Shown: piece by piece, positions 1-13,800 of the stretch
Position numbering within the stretch: position 1 is the first letter of the stretch
Layout: each line of letters begins with the position of its first letter
Assembly: GCF_964355755.1 (NCBI RefSeq)
Contig: NC_092670.1
Span: 29,128,388 to 29,192,387, forward strand
Length of the DNA: 64,000 bases
Direction: 5' to 3'
Source: Antedon mediterranea
Lineage: Eukaryota > Animalia > Echinodermata
The notes under the pieces: generated by a model
Database searches by the model: none
Seen by the model: the letters and a program-made list of their open reading frames with translations, nothing else
What the model was told of the DNA's origin: nothing
Made by a program: the position numbers and the translations under genes

Positions 1-1919
1 AAAAAAAAATTCATAAGACCACAATTTTCAAAGTTATATTATTATTATATTATTATATTTGACTAATAGTTCAAAGGTCAATAGTTGTAGAATCGGCCAT
101 TTTTTGTAAAAACATTTCATTATAATAAATAAGAATGTATAGTTTCTGAACAATTTGAGCCCTATTTCGTGTCTCTCCGATTATTGGTTACTGAGATACG
201 ATAAATCAAGGTCAAAGGTCAAAATGTCAGAAATAAGACTTGCATCCATTTTTTGAGAAAATGTGTCATTAAAGTGAATATAAAAACATATATTTAAAAC
301 ATTTTGACACCAAAATTAATTATCTGTGACTAGTGGTTCTCGAGATATAGGGTAATTATAAAAAATGGCCGCCATTTTTAATTATGCAAATTAAGGGCTT
401 AGATGGCCGAATTTCGCTTGGGATCCGCCATATTCGTATCAGCGAGGTCGAAATATCCTAAATCAAGTGGATCCCAGCTTCTACCCAAAAATGCTTCTTA
501 CATCATATTTCAGAGGAAATAGAACTTGTCTATGAGAAGTATCTGACCATTACCTCACAAAAGATATCTATGAAATATGCATTACTTTTAAGGAGTGAAA
601 AATGATGATGCATGAAACGGAAGTAATTCTACGTGAATGAGAGCAGGTGGTAGTCCCCATTGGACGTCATCACCACATATGCGTGGGCATGACACTCTTC
701 ACAGTAATACATGCTTGATCAAACAAACATATTATAGAAGATCTGTTCTATTAATGGCTTTTCACATTGCAACATTTATTAATTTTTCTTTTTTGTGATC
801 TAGACTTTCAATAGAACTTATGTCATAAAGTGTTCCTTGAAATTGTCTGTGCTGAAACTTGTAATGTTGTTCTAAACAGCTTTATGTATGAAGATGTAGT
901 ATTTGTTATAAAAAAAGCTCAAACTTAAAAGATTACATTGTCGGCTTATGTAAGGTGGAATCAAGCCTTTGGCTATTTTATTTATTTTGGTAGTATATTC
1001 ACATTAAGTATTGAAAAACGTATATGGAGTTTTGAATTTCTCTCTTAACTTTTTTTTAATTCCTTTTTGTCACCTTTGGCTATTATTATATATGTTATAT
1101 TATTCGGGGTGGTTTTTTTGTTGTTGTTTACTTGTTTAATATGCACTAAGCTACTTAGTTACTACTACTTGATTATTTCAGAAAATTATCTTGTTAGTTC
1201 AATCACAGATTAAGGTAATCTTCAATTATTTTTGTCTTACCCAAGTTATTTAGGCATAAATGTTAAATATTCTTGATTCTTTGTACAATTGATATTTTCA
1301 TTTTATGTATATATTACATATAAAAAGCTTATAAAATATTTAAAAAAATAAATAAGAACAGCCCACGGACCACAAACTGGTATACATAACTCTTGGAATA
1401 AACATCACTAGTTTGAGTTTGCATCTGTTGAGTGAGCCATAAAGGGCATTTTTCATAATAATGCACAAACCAAAACATTATTAGAGTAGTTAATAGATTT
1501 TCTGATGTTTTCTTTGAAAGATAACAAACCATTACTCACAAATAGCTGGTGCACTATAATTATGTCGTGGTTAAAATTGAGCATCATAAGGCAATGCGTT
1601 ACTGTAATAACATTTGTAGCTTCCTTAATTTTATTAGACCATAATGTTTCACAAATACATATTTAGTGTTCTTTATAGACTTCATTACAATTCCCCTATC
1701 TGAGCCCATTTCACTCTTCCAATGCAACTTACTGTTATTTTTGTGTTGCACCAATTATTTCATGATACTTCATCTGGTTTGCTACTGTATTTAAATTAAA
1801 GTGATGGTGTTATTATGGTGTTATTACACATAGGCCTATTAAACAGTAAATATTTGAAACCATAATTTAATATGTTTACATTTCCTAGAATTTTATTTAC
1901 TCCATTATTCTCAATAGGT

Positions 1920-2752
1920 CTATGCCAGTACCAGGCGCTTAGAACTGGTAATGAAGAGGTGAAGATTGTTGACAATCTTAAGCTGCTTGGAGTTTGGTTG
2001 ATTATTTAAAATGGGATAAACAAATGATATTGTTAGCAAAGCTGGAAAAAAAACTGTTTATACTTTCTTGCCTAAACAAATTTAGTATGCCATGTGATCA
2101 TCTTAAACAAATTTATATCAGCCACACTAGACCTATCACTGAATATGCTTGCCCTGTGTGGCATTTTGGATTAACTGATGCACAAACCAAAGAATTAGAA
2201 TGTATACAGAAACGCATTGGTAAGATTATACTGGGTCAAGAATTAAAACACTAACTTACAACTTATGTGAGATGAGATACCTTGTTGCTTAAGTTTGCTA
2301 AGGGCATTGATCTAGGCTAGTCCTGCCCCATGCATTACCTAAATAGTAGAGAAGAAACATGTGGGAGAGTCTTTAGAAACCGCGAACACCTCAGTGAGTT
2401 GTTCTGATATAGAAATTCATGTTTTCCCTAAATAACCATAAATAAGTAACCATCCCTCTATCGAAGCTATTATTAGAATAAAAAACTTATATATGTATAA
2501 TTTCCATAATGAAGTTTTAATCCACCCTTTCATGAATTTCATTTTTCTGCTGTATATAAGTGGTTGTTTATATCTAAATGAGATCGTTTGTGGTTTTGTA
2601 TTATGTTTTTTAGTTTGTATATACTAATATTGCTACATTTTATATATCAATGTTTTCTCCTTTAAATTTTATATTTGTTTTATATATTTGTAATCAAACT
2701 CACAATTCAATTTTGCCAAAGAGTATGAAAATAAAAGCCATATAATAAAAAA
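1920..2752 (+). mobile_element. 5'-truncated LINE (CR1/L2-group) 3' fragment
   Basis: KLLGV and RPITEYACPVWH...LECIQKR motifs are typical of the C-terminal ORF2 region. An aataaa/A-rich tail lies near 2730-2752. Confidence 0.8.
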
Positions 2753-4084
2753 GAATATGGTAATACATCATTTCACATTGGTAAAACTATGTAAATTCCA
2801 AAACCATATGATAATTCAGTTGAGTAATAAGACGCTATACTAGAATCACATTTACCAACTAAATTGTTCATCCGAGTGATGTGTAAATGTGACATACTTT
2901 GGTGAGAATTACAAGAAAATAAATCAAATTTATACAAAAGTGTGTTGTGTTAACATTGCTAAATTGCTTTTATATTCTACTTGAATGCTAAAGCTAGATC
3001 CCATTCAATGAATCTTACAGATTACAGAGTCAATCATGGAAAAAATGGGAATTAAACTGATTTTGAATTTAAACTGAAAGAGACACTGCTACCACCTAAG
3101 AAGGCCCATAAAGCTTAAATCTAAAAATCAAACATAGTTTACTATAATTTAAATCCCTTCCTTGTTAAATAATATCAGGCAACGTTTAAGATATGAAATA
3201 AAATTGTAATATTTAGATACAAACATATCCTTAAAAAAAATTGAACTACCAATGTAATAAATGTATTTTATACTGATTATTGTGTTATTGGGTAGGCCTG
3301 CATTGATATTTGAAAAAACGTTTAATACAATTTTAAATTTTACATTGTTATTATTAAGTTAAATTATGCACTTGCATTGCATAATCTATATATAAAAATA
3401 GTAAGTTGCCACTTTCATGGATTAATTGTCCATTTTATAAATACAGCCCAGGCCTCATGTATTGAAATTAAATGTAAAAAAATTGTATACAATATAATAG
3501 ACATTTCCAGAAAATAGAAGCAGGTAAGATATTGTCAAATGCCAATTTCTTCCGATAATTGTCCAATTCCATACTACTATTTTTAGATTTAAATATTTTT
3601 TGAAAAATAGTAGGCATATAAAATACAAATTCAGAAAAACAGCTTAATCTAGTTATACAAAAGTGTTGATCATACGCTTTGCAATAATGGAAATGCCATT
3701 AAAATAGTTATTGAATGCTGTAGAAACTCAATTGCACAATTACCATTTTTAGCTCACAATTGGATCTATTACTTTCTACTAATGCATTTTGATTTAGAAG
3801 TTTGAGCATAAAGAAAAAAAAGGTTTTAACTGTGATATACACATCTGCAATGCCTTATTCAGTTTTAACGTTCTAAACAGTCTTAGCTTAATTTATGCAC
3901 TGCCACCTGGTCTTCACGCTTCAGTAGGCTCATTTGCATTTGTTGGCCAGGTGTCATTGACTGTACTCTGCTGGCTGTGGCCGACTGTTGTCCATTGTTT
4001 TAGTAGGCTATAGTATTGCTGCCTAAGCCTACTTAATGTGTTGTTGTACAGCAGGAGAAAAACACACTTTGGTAAGCTTATATT

Positions 4085-4210
4085 TTAATTATTATTATCC
4101 GGCCTTTTTTATTAAGTAACAATTTGCTACATTGGATGTTTGTCTTTAATTATTATTATCCGGCCTTTTTTATTAAGTAACAATTTGCTACATTGGATGT
4201 TTGTCTTTAA
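4085..4210. repeat. Perfect tandem duplication of ~61 bp
   Basis: tttaattattattatccggccttttttattaagtaacaatttgctacattggatgtttgtc occurs twice. Confidence 0.9.
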
Positions 4211-5030
4211 ATAGTGCTGGTCTGTCTTTCCAACAAGACACTATGTCTGCCCCTCCAATACAGGATCCTCCAATTTAAGGATGAACTGAATGAACAGGCA
4301 ATAATTCAATTCAATTGAATTGATTCAAATTATAGACCAAAGCTCCTACAGAAACGTTGAAAAAGTTACATTCCAACACCCACACAAGAATTAAATTAAG
4401 TTTTTGTATGTTATGGTCATTATCAGAACCTCGGATTTACTATAGTGTTGAAATAAAAACAAACACAATGTGATATTGTATTGTAAGACTTTTGTTAGTT
4501 AGGGTTTGACATTCCAAATAACATCTAACACTTTTTTTCTGTGAGCTAATTCATAAGGTACATTTTTTTTTAAATTCAGTGCTTCATAGCATTCTATCGC
4601 AAATGATATAACTATAAATGTAAAACCAGAAGAACTAAATCTAGTTATCACAATAAATATGTGCAAACTTTAGTTCTGCAGAACAACTTATCTTCATTTG
4701 TGAAACTACATAACGAAATACAACTCTAGTTTTTTATGTAATGTATACACTCAAATTCAAAATTAGAATTCAATTTGGTGTTTATATTTCATTTATGTAT
4801 TGTTTGTATGTAATTTCTGCAGACTATCTGTGGTAAAATAAAACTAAATAAAATGTTTTGTATGTGTATAATATATACAAATTAAAATTTTACACATACA
4901 ATATTTATTTTCAGTGCCACGAGAAATAAGGTGGTGCGGTTGTAGTAAGAAAAGAGAACAATCCTGTTTGTGGGCCACAGGGTTGTCAAAGGCCTCTGTG
5001 AAAAAGAGGTCATGTTGAAACCTCAACAAC

Positions 5031-5421
5031 TGTACGGCTTTACCACGTTGAAACACCGGTGTACGGCTTTACCACGTTGAAACACCGGTTCTCGTCAGAT
5101 CACCGAAGTTAAGCGATGTTGGGCCTGGTTAGAGCTTGGATGGGAGACCATCTGGGAATAACGGGTGCTGTATATGGAGCTGGGGTCCCGTTAGGCATTT
5201 GAAATCAGCACTGCTGACTCTTATGGCAGCCCCTGCATCTAGTATCTGCCTCAGATTTCTGGTCAAGGTGGGCACTGGACGAGAGAAGCCCTTGATCAAT
5301 GTTAGGACCAATCATCAAGGTGCTTTAAACAGTCCTGGCTTTGTTTGTATCAAACCTGTTAGTGGCGGTAATTATCGCTGTTGGTTTCGATTGAATAAAA
5401 TAAAAAAAATAAAAATAAAAA
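5031..5421 (+). mobile_element. 5S rRNA-derived SINE-like element (SINE3-type) or 5S pseudogene with body and A-rich tail
   Basis: 5060-5173 is a near full-length diverged 5S rRNA (tacggctttaccacgttgaaacaccggttctcgtcagatcaccgaagttaagc...gggaata...gtgctgta). It is followed by about 220 bp of GC-richer body and an (aataaa)n tail. The first 29 bp are tandemly duplicated (5031-5059). Confidence 0.75.
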
Positions 5422-8400
5422 GTACTGGTGGCTAAGGCCCTGATTATATATAGGTTAATGCAAAGATTCAAATCAAAATAAATATTTAATCTAAGTGTTT
5501 GTAGTTTAATTAGTTGTACTATTAATGATTGATATTTTGTATATAAACCTAGATCCAAAATCATCTAGCAATAAAACAGACAAATGAATAGTATAATAGT
5601 AACATTGAGAATATCTGCAAGATCGAGGGAAGTCACTCAAACCAATGTTAGGTATAAAATGTATGCAAAAATCATATTCTACTACTGGCTATTATGTTCT
5701 CTTATAATAATCACATAGTACACAGTTGAATATATGTTAATAATATGCAGATACACCATTTCCAGACAGATATGTCCTAGTTTGTAATTTCATTGTCATG
5801 TCTTTGATGTTAATGTATGCAAATAAAACACCAGTTGAGAATTGACGGATCTATCGGTTTATTAATCATTGTCATACACAGAATGCTCAACAGAAACTTA
5901 AAACAAAGACAATTATTATTTATTGCTATAAATATTTTTCCACTCACTCAAGTACAGCTACACTTAAATTGTCATGTGTATAGTAATAATAATAATGTTG
6001 CGGCATATGTGCATTATGTGTCGGATGCACTGCACGTTATCCGTGGAAATGCATTAATGAGGCACGCTCTCTGAATATGCACTTTATCAATGGATGATGA
6101 TAAAGCTTAATGTTGAAAATGGCTAAATTATACCCTGTCTCCAAATTATATACTCAAAATCATTAGGAAGGCGATAACTTTCTGTAATAGTGATAAATCA
6201 CCCCGTCCCAATCCACTTTCCTTAAGTACCAGTAGGTTATAAACAACCAACATCTGAAAACTTTTCCAATTACACTATTTAACACACTCTGTTTTCCCCA
6301 AGTTTCTGTTTTCTGTATTTGGCTATTCACTCTCTAACTCACAGATGCAAGAAGAAGTTTAAGAGCTAAATCTGTTAATTAATAGTGGATATGCTTAATA
6401 TGTTTCTGAAGCTCTGTCTAGTAGTAAAAAATTTCATACATTTTTAAGCTTTTTTAGCAATTGTTTACAACATTGCACTAATAATTAAGCGATGGAAGAA
6501 CAACATATATTTTCAACAAAAATTATTCATAAATTCACAACTTTAAGGTGGTTCACATGCAAACTATGTTCAGTAGATTATTGTTGTTAAAATAAGAAAC
6601 TATTACAGGGGAGGGGATTGTAGTATACTACATATTCATTGTAAAGTACTGTTCTGGACAATAACATAAATCTTTAACTAGTTTGTAGTTTAAATAACAC
6701 TGAACAAATGTTGGTTAAGCGTATAATTAGTGTATAATTTTTTTAAATATTAAACTGAGGAGCGTTTATTGATGTGAACCAGACTAATGTGGTCTCTAAA
6801 CAACCATTGAAATATTACTTGATACTATTATAATGTTTTTAAAAATAGGTTTAGGCAAGGTGGTAACACATGCCTCTCTAATACTACACACTTACTTTTA
6901 CTTTCACAAAATTAACACATAATATTATGAAGTCATATTATAGAAATTGTAATTATAAGGGTGCAAAATATCATAGAAGGGTTAAGTAATAAAACAAATC
7001 TTTAATATATTTGCAAAGCATGAAACATATTTTTAAAAGTACAACAAGCAGTTAAAATGTAAAAATAAATAATTGTATAAGATAAAACATTGATTACATT
7101 ATATACAGTAGAACGTCTATTAAGGGGTAATCTTGGGGACACATGAAAGTGTCTGCTGTATAGTTACCCAAAGTAGCTACTACTATACTCTTTACAATTT
7201 TTAATATGAAATAAATGTTATTATTGTACAAGTAGTGATACATGTAAAGTTCATTGTATTATTTTTTTATATCCAAACATCAAAATGAACAGATATTTCT
7301 AACCTGTTTGACAACAAATGTCCTATCTATAATTATTTTTTTATAATATATAGTTGGTTATCTACTTTTTAATATTAAAAAACAGTAATAATAATAAATA
7401 GGAGAATGAAGGCTTGTATTTATTAGGCCCTGCTTTTACTGATGCCTACAGTATGCCCGTATCGTTAAGGTAAGGCACTACAAAATGGATTCAACTCGAA
7501 TAGCCTAACTATAGGCCTGGTAAGGAATGTTATATATTTCTAATCTACTCGGGCCGCATTATGAAGGTTCGTACACCTAATATAGGTAACAACTGCATCA
7601 AACATCAAGGGGGAATGCTTAACCCTGTAACATGAACATTAGCCTTCAAATTTCTATTATGAAAATATGCTGACATTTTGAATGCAATTAGCTCTATATG
7701 CGTGTGTGGCAAAACACAACTCTACACTATGACATCTACAAAATAATTTTCTAATGATTTTAGTATATAAATAAGATTTAGGATAATTTAGAAATGTCTG
7801 AAATATTGTTAACATATGTTTCTACTTATTTAGAACATGTTGTGTATTTGAGTTGAGAGCATACATTTTATATCAAAGTATTATGATACTTGTTTTAGAA
7901 ATCAATGTTCTGAAAGAAGTATTTGTTCATCTGTAGGCCTATTGACACATGGGTTAGACTGACTATAATGATGCTGTGGCATGTCAACATTCTCTGAGTA
8001 AAACATTTTTTAAATTTTTGACTACATTTTTAATTTTTTATGGTGGCTAGGCAGTCTAAATTCTGTATTCAGGCAAATTGTAGGCCTAACCTAATGTTCA
8101 ATGAACAATAATAAATACAACATGTGTTGCGGCTATGGCATTGACTAATGGCTATTGTTACTACATATGCACTGAGATGTTTGCATACTCCTCCTATGCC
8201 AATCACAGGTTTTAAAACTTAAAACTAACAAAAAACTAAATTATACTTAACTAAATATAAATCAATCATGTTTTAACTGGTTAATGTGTGTAACCAATAA
8301 TTATCTACATAGTTTAACATTACATTAAATATATCTCCATTTTTTACATATGAATCACTAAACTACAACATGATGTTTGTAAACTTTATTACAAATTCGC

Positions 8401-9289
8401 TGTAAGGAAATGTAGTAGGCATTTTTATTATGGTGACACTTAATAACATCTTGAAATCCATGCAAATTTACCATTTTAAGTCTTCAGTAAAACTTTATAC
8501 CAAAGTTAATATGCAGTACGGTAAATCTACTATCTATTAAGCTAAACAAAATCGGTAAATTAGGCCCATAACTAGAAGCAAATAAAGTCATAATAGTACT
8601 AATAATACATTGGGAAAACAGAGGAAAAAAAGCACCAAATATCTCTTTGTACTTTTAAAAAATTTCAATACATTGCACAATCTATACACTGGGCATTGCC
8701 TTTTGGGGGATTAAATAAAATCTATATATTTTGTTACAATATGGTAGGCCTATGGATGACAACAATTGTAACATTTTTGTAGTTTCAGCCCGAGTTTCAG
8801 TCATTTAAAAATACTAAATACCAGGTAATGGATTGCAATTGTTTTCTTTAAAATTAAAAAACATATTTACGCATACCTGTATGTAGGCCTCTTTACAAGA
8901 ATAGTTATTTTATTTAAAGGCACAAGGGAGTTTATAGATATATAGTACAAGATATAGTACTAAAGGACCTAACTTCATACATTTATCCATGTCCATAAAT
9001 AAACTACATATCAAAAGGAGAGGAAGGTATGTTATAGGAAGATCACACATTTGGCAATTAGACCTTGAATAAGTACATTAACATCAAGATAAATATTAAC
9101 AGAACAAATATACTATTTTAATGTTACAATTAATATGTAGTTTTGAAAAGAACTGTTAAGTTACTCAATGTTTTGATCAAAATGCTTTGTCTGTACCGCA
9201 GACTTTATATCAACAACATGATAATATTAAAATAATACAATTAAGATATTTAACAGTTATGGTTGTACTTTCACATGACCAGATTTGTA

Positions 9290-10300
9290 GTGTAATATTA
9301 TACAAATAATGAATGTTTATGAGTGTAATGGTACAAATAATGGCATGAGGTGAATGATGAAAGGTTTATTTCAACAAGGTGCGGCCGAGTTGAAATATAA
9401 CTTTTCATCATTCACCAAATGCCATTATTTGTACTATTACACGAATATAAAATATTATTTGTTTTATATAAAATCTAAATAGATTCCTGTCATTTGAATT
9501 AAATAAAAGGTAGGCCTAGCCAATGCCTACATTTGATTCACATTGATTAAAACAGTAACATTTGGTTTTTAATAATATTAAATGTTATTATTTATATGGA
9601 TTTTATAAACAACCACAAATGTAAAAACGCATCACCCACAAATGTAAAAAAAAAAACCTTTTCACCCACAAATGTAAAATAAAATCCAAATCAAATTTAG
9701 TGCTAGGCCAAAACAATTTTGATCGAGTTAATATCGCGTGCACAAGCACCAAATGGTAATAATCCAACGCGTTAACGACGACCCTAACAGACGTATCATG
9801 AATACACAATTATTGAAACAACTCAATTCACATGATATAATGTATTACGGTAACTCGATCAAAATTAGCACTAAATTTGATTTGATTTTTTTTTATATTT
9901 GTGGCCGATGGTCGTTTTCACATTTGTGGGCGCTGTTTATTACATTTGTGGGTGATGCGTTTTCACATTTGTGGTCGTTTTCACATTTGTGGGCGTTTTC
10001 ACATTTGTGGGTTCAACACACCTAGTGTAGTTTTAATTATGTCAACAAACGACCAAACAATCCTAGGCCTGTAGCAAGGCTAAAACACCTAGGCCTAGCC
10101 TAATTCTAACAGGCCTAGGCTTACTAGGCCTAGCTGGGCTGCAGCAATACGAAACTTCAACTGGAACTCATATATAGGCTAATTATGTTTTTTCCAACGA
10201 TTCCACGTCTTGTAGAGAGCATTAATTAATAAAAATCCTAAAAACGATCTAAAGCTAATTTAAATGCCTTTTTGAATGTTACCCAATATAATATTCAATC
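9290..10300 (+). mobile_element. Copy of the hairpin-module family, with a nested MITE at ~9611-10015
   Basis: gtacaaataatggcat..ggtgaatgatgaaa ... tttcatcattcacc..atgccattatttgtac hairpin. Colinear with 30232-30760 except for the 9611-10015 insert. Confidence 0.7.
9611..10017. mobile_element. Fold-back MITE with subterminal CCACAAATG repeats
   Basis: 3x ccacaaatgt on the left and 5-6x acatttgtgg on the right, with an inner inverted repeat aatcaaatttagtgcta/tagcactaaatttgatt. Confidence 0.75.
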
Positions 10301-11082
10301 TGAAATATACAGATATGTTTCTGTTGGTCATTATTTGTTAGCATCCTATACTTAGCACAGTCATGTTTCCAGACATAACATTTTTATTATTTCTACACTT
10401 AAATGTAGAAGAATTAATGCATCTCAGAAGAATGTTTCTCACAATACAACAACCTTTACTGTCTGGACTATACATGGAGTTCCTTGAACTTTATTAGTTC
10501 ATGACTTTAAAACATGATCAGTGCGACTTTTCTCAATGGATTCTTGTAATTATAAAATGGTTACTGTGCTCAATGGAGCAAAGCCACTTTTTAAATTATA
10601 AAGTAAATTCATACTGAACAGAACAGTAATGTTCCTATCCTATATTCACAAGTTTATCATTTATCAAGATGTTAAATACAAAGGTATACACTTTTAATTG
10701 TACTGTATCATTATAGGTATACTGGTTTGATTAGTTTGTTTACACACGAATACATTCATTCTATATTACAATGTTTTTATATGAAAAAGTAGGAAATATA
10801 TTTTTCTAAATTTAGTAGGTTGGGTTTTTTTTTTTAATTCAGATTCATGGCTTCAGAATACTGACTACAGTTTATTTTAAACTTTTTTTGTATAAGGTAA
10901 TAACCCTTGATATTGACTTACTTATATGCTTTACTGTATATTACACCAATAGCAAGTTTACGGTATAAAAGCAAATAAAGTTTTATTGCGTCATCAATTG
11001 ATATGACAGTTCCATTGTATAACCATAAAAATATTTAAGGTATGGTTAGACTGAATGTGGTCATCCACATCATCTTAACATG

Positions 11083-13132
11083 AGTGTTGACAAAGTGCGA
11101 GGCAGCGAGGCACGCGAGGCATGCCAAATATTTGTGCGAGGCATCATTTTATCATTTCCAAAAGTGCGAGGCATATAGTTTACAATTTCAAAAAGGTGCG
11201 AGGCATATCTTAACGTGCTATTATGCTATATTATAGGCCTAATAATCAATCGATACAAGCGTATCTAAATAGATTCGTGTATACACTCATCATGTTGTTT
11301 ATTTTTATGTAACGATTGTTTTTTCATTCAAGTCATATCGTGTCAAATTTTACTTTTACAAAAGTGCCCAAACTACGGTTCAAAAATCTGAACGACAGTC
11401 TTCAACTTTCGATAAACAATAATTGTTATAGCGACACACTCATCAAATGACTGCAATGTTTGTTGGCATTTCGAGCGTGTTCACTCACATGTCTCTCGAA
11501 CATAGCAGAGTGAAAATAATATTTTGTCACACCCCTGCGCCTAGATCCGGTAGACCCGAGAGATGGGAAATCCCTCTGTACTATTTAGCAGGTAGCGGAA
11601 TGATTCAGCCCTCAGCTCTGAGGATTGTGGTGCATTCCCCTCCTATAGCACGTGGTTTCAGCAGCAACGCACAGACTTCTCTCTGAGCAGCGTGCCAAAG
11701 ACATTTTTGACATTCCATTCTCTAGGAACAACACGTGTACCTCTCTCGCAAATAAGGTGAACAGCGATTGCCAGGACAAGTTCAATAACTGGCGGTGAAT
11801 AAAAGGTAACTGATATGGCAATCCAATAACATGCCGCAAAGAAAAAAATTGCGACAGAATTCTGGAGCGCGTGTGAAAAAAGACTTACGTCCGACAATTG
11901 TAATACTAGGCCTAAAATTAAACTTTAGCTAATATGCTTAGCCCTAACCTAGATAAGGTTTTCTATGTAGAAAATAATTAATCAATTTTGATATAATAAT
12001 AATTGGTGTAATATTTAATAATGATACACTATTCCTGTTTTAGTAAGCTAGGTATATTACGAACGATTTTTATTTATTGTTGTCCATGTACGTACTAATA
12101 AACCTGGCGCTAGTTTCCTTCGCTTGTATTTTTACTCCAAATTTGATAACTAACTTTATCGTGTGAATACCACACCTTAGAAGTATACCTCATGAGTACT
12201 TTAATGAAAGAATCACATAAAAAGTAACAAATAAATCTATAAATTAATGATTTTACAGGCGTGTTTCTCGCACACTGTTCGCGAATTTCACTTATTCAAT
12301 GTTCAATATTTTTGTTTCTATGGAGCGCCAAAAGAGCAACGATAATAGAGGACTAAAACTCAGTGGAATGCGTCAATTTCTCATGCATTTATTGGTGAAA
12401 AACACGTTTTATTTCAATATATTTGTTAATTTGTCAATAAAAATGCTGTAATATGTTACTGCTGATACTGTTCTGTTTTCAAAGAATAATAATCGATCCT
12501 AAATCAACATCACTACCTAGTCTAGACCTAGGACATCCTACTAAGGATATTATGATGAATTTTTCTATTTTATTCTTTAAAAGGTTACCGAAACCGTGTA
12601 CATTATCAACAGTACACCGGTGAACAGTAACATTTTTCCTTACTGACAGTGACAAAATCTATTGAAATTGTACTTGATTTTCACCAAATAATGCGTTAAA
12701 TATAAATGGATTCCACAGAGTTTTTAGCCCTCTAATTAATTTTGCTCTTTTGGCGTTCCATAGAAACCAAAATATTGAACATTGAGTGTGCGAAATGCGA
12801 GAAAAACAACGTCTGTAAAATCACCAATTTAATGGATTTATTGTTGCTTTTATGTGATTTTTCTTCATTAAAGTAGGCCTACTAATTCTAAGCTGTGGTA
12901 TTCAGGATAAAGTTGGTTAAAATACAAGGCAGGTGCAAAAGGAAACTAGCCTAGCGGGCCTAGGCCTAGCCTAGGCTACTTCAATTTCGGTGATTTCCTG
13001 CCTTGCAATTTTGAGAAATGATAAAATGATGCCTCGCATTTTTTGATGATGGTAAAACGATGCCTCGCATAAATTTCTGACTTGTCTCGCATGCCTTCCC
13101 TGCCTCGCTGCCTCGCACTTTGTTACTACCCT
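11083..13132. mobile_element. Non-autonomous TIR DNA transposon with 9-bp TSD (Mutator-like) and subterminal GCGAGGCA repeats
   Basis: Ends ..acaaagtgcgaggcagcgaggca / tgcctcgctgcctcgcactttgt.., flanked by the direct repeat cttaacatg (11074-11082, 13133-13141). Confidence 0.75.
12105..12952. repeat. Nested ~850-bp fold-back (long inverted repeat) element
   Basis: gctagtttcctt/aaggaaactagc, and attcaatgttcaatattt..tttctatggagcgccaaaagagc (12294-12340) is the inverse of gctcttttggcgttccatagaaa..aatattgaacattga (12744-12785). Confidence 0.75.
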
Positions 13133-13608
13133 CTTAACATGCCTTAGGTAATGTATTTTCCTGTGGGTTCTATTTACCCAAAGAAGGACCTAGGACTTTG
13201 CACACACAGGTGTAGGCTGGCTAGCTCCCACACAGTACAATTCAACTTTCAACACTGATGTGCATCACAGTCAATCTTCATAAAATTTGATAAAATTATA
13301 TGCTTTTTTGTTATATAGAATGCAAGGAATTTTATATTTATTTTGAAGGTTAAACGACACTGTCAAGATCAGATCAACACAATAATCTGCAAGATTGGTT
13401 TGGGCAGACTACCATACTCAAGATTGATCCTTGTATATCTAAACAATGTTTACATGTCGCCAGAAATTGAGTAGATTAAGCATGGTCATAGATTTTGGAA
13501 GAGTGAGTCTCATCTGTTGTGTTGGTCTTGACAGGAAATAACATTTCTTTTGACAAGTGGTTCTTGCTGCACATAAAATAAGTTTTAGTCTGGCATCTTG
13601 AAATCATT

Positions 13609-13800
13609 TCACAATAATATAGCATTATGAACTGGATGCTTAAGTCGATCAATACGAGTCCTGCACATGACGCAACGCAAAGGTAGGACACGTTGCGACA
13701 CAGCAATTTGAATGGTCTTCACAAAACATTTACGGCAGATTATCTTGTGTCCACATGGAAACGTATGAATACAAGCCTTTGTATTCAGACACACAACACA
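13609..13800 (-). CDS. Small RING-finger protein, exon 3 (C3HC4/RING-HC domain plus stop)
   Basis: Acceptor ttgtttttcttatag| then CVVCLNTKACIHTFPCGHKIICRKCFVKTIQIAVSQRVLPLRCVMCRTRIDRLKHPVHNAILL*. Spacing is CxxC...CxHxxxCxxC...CxxC. Confidence 0.88.
   Translation of the reverse strand, partial: CVVCLNTKACIHTFPCGHKIICRKCFVKTIQIAVSQRVLPLRCVMCRTRIDRLKHPVHNAILL

Noticed and set aside
1-535. Possible end of a repeat element (ggtcaaaggtca, aaaatggccgccattt motifs)
   Set aside because: It is cut by the window edge, so termini and family cannot be determined.
3895-4080. GC-richer segment ending in a gtaagc donor-like site
   Set aside because: No convincing reading frame or partner exons.
5060-5173. 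Functional 5S rRNA gene
   Set aside because: It is a single copy with substitutions and a deletion relative to the conserved 5S sequence, broken terminal stem pairing and no T-run terminator. It is better read as a SINE head or pseudogene.
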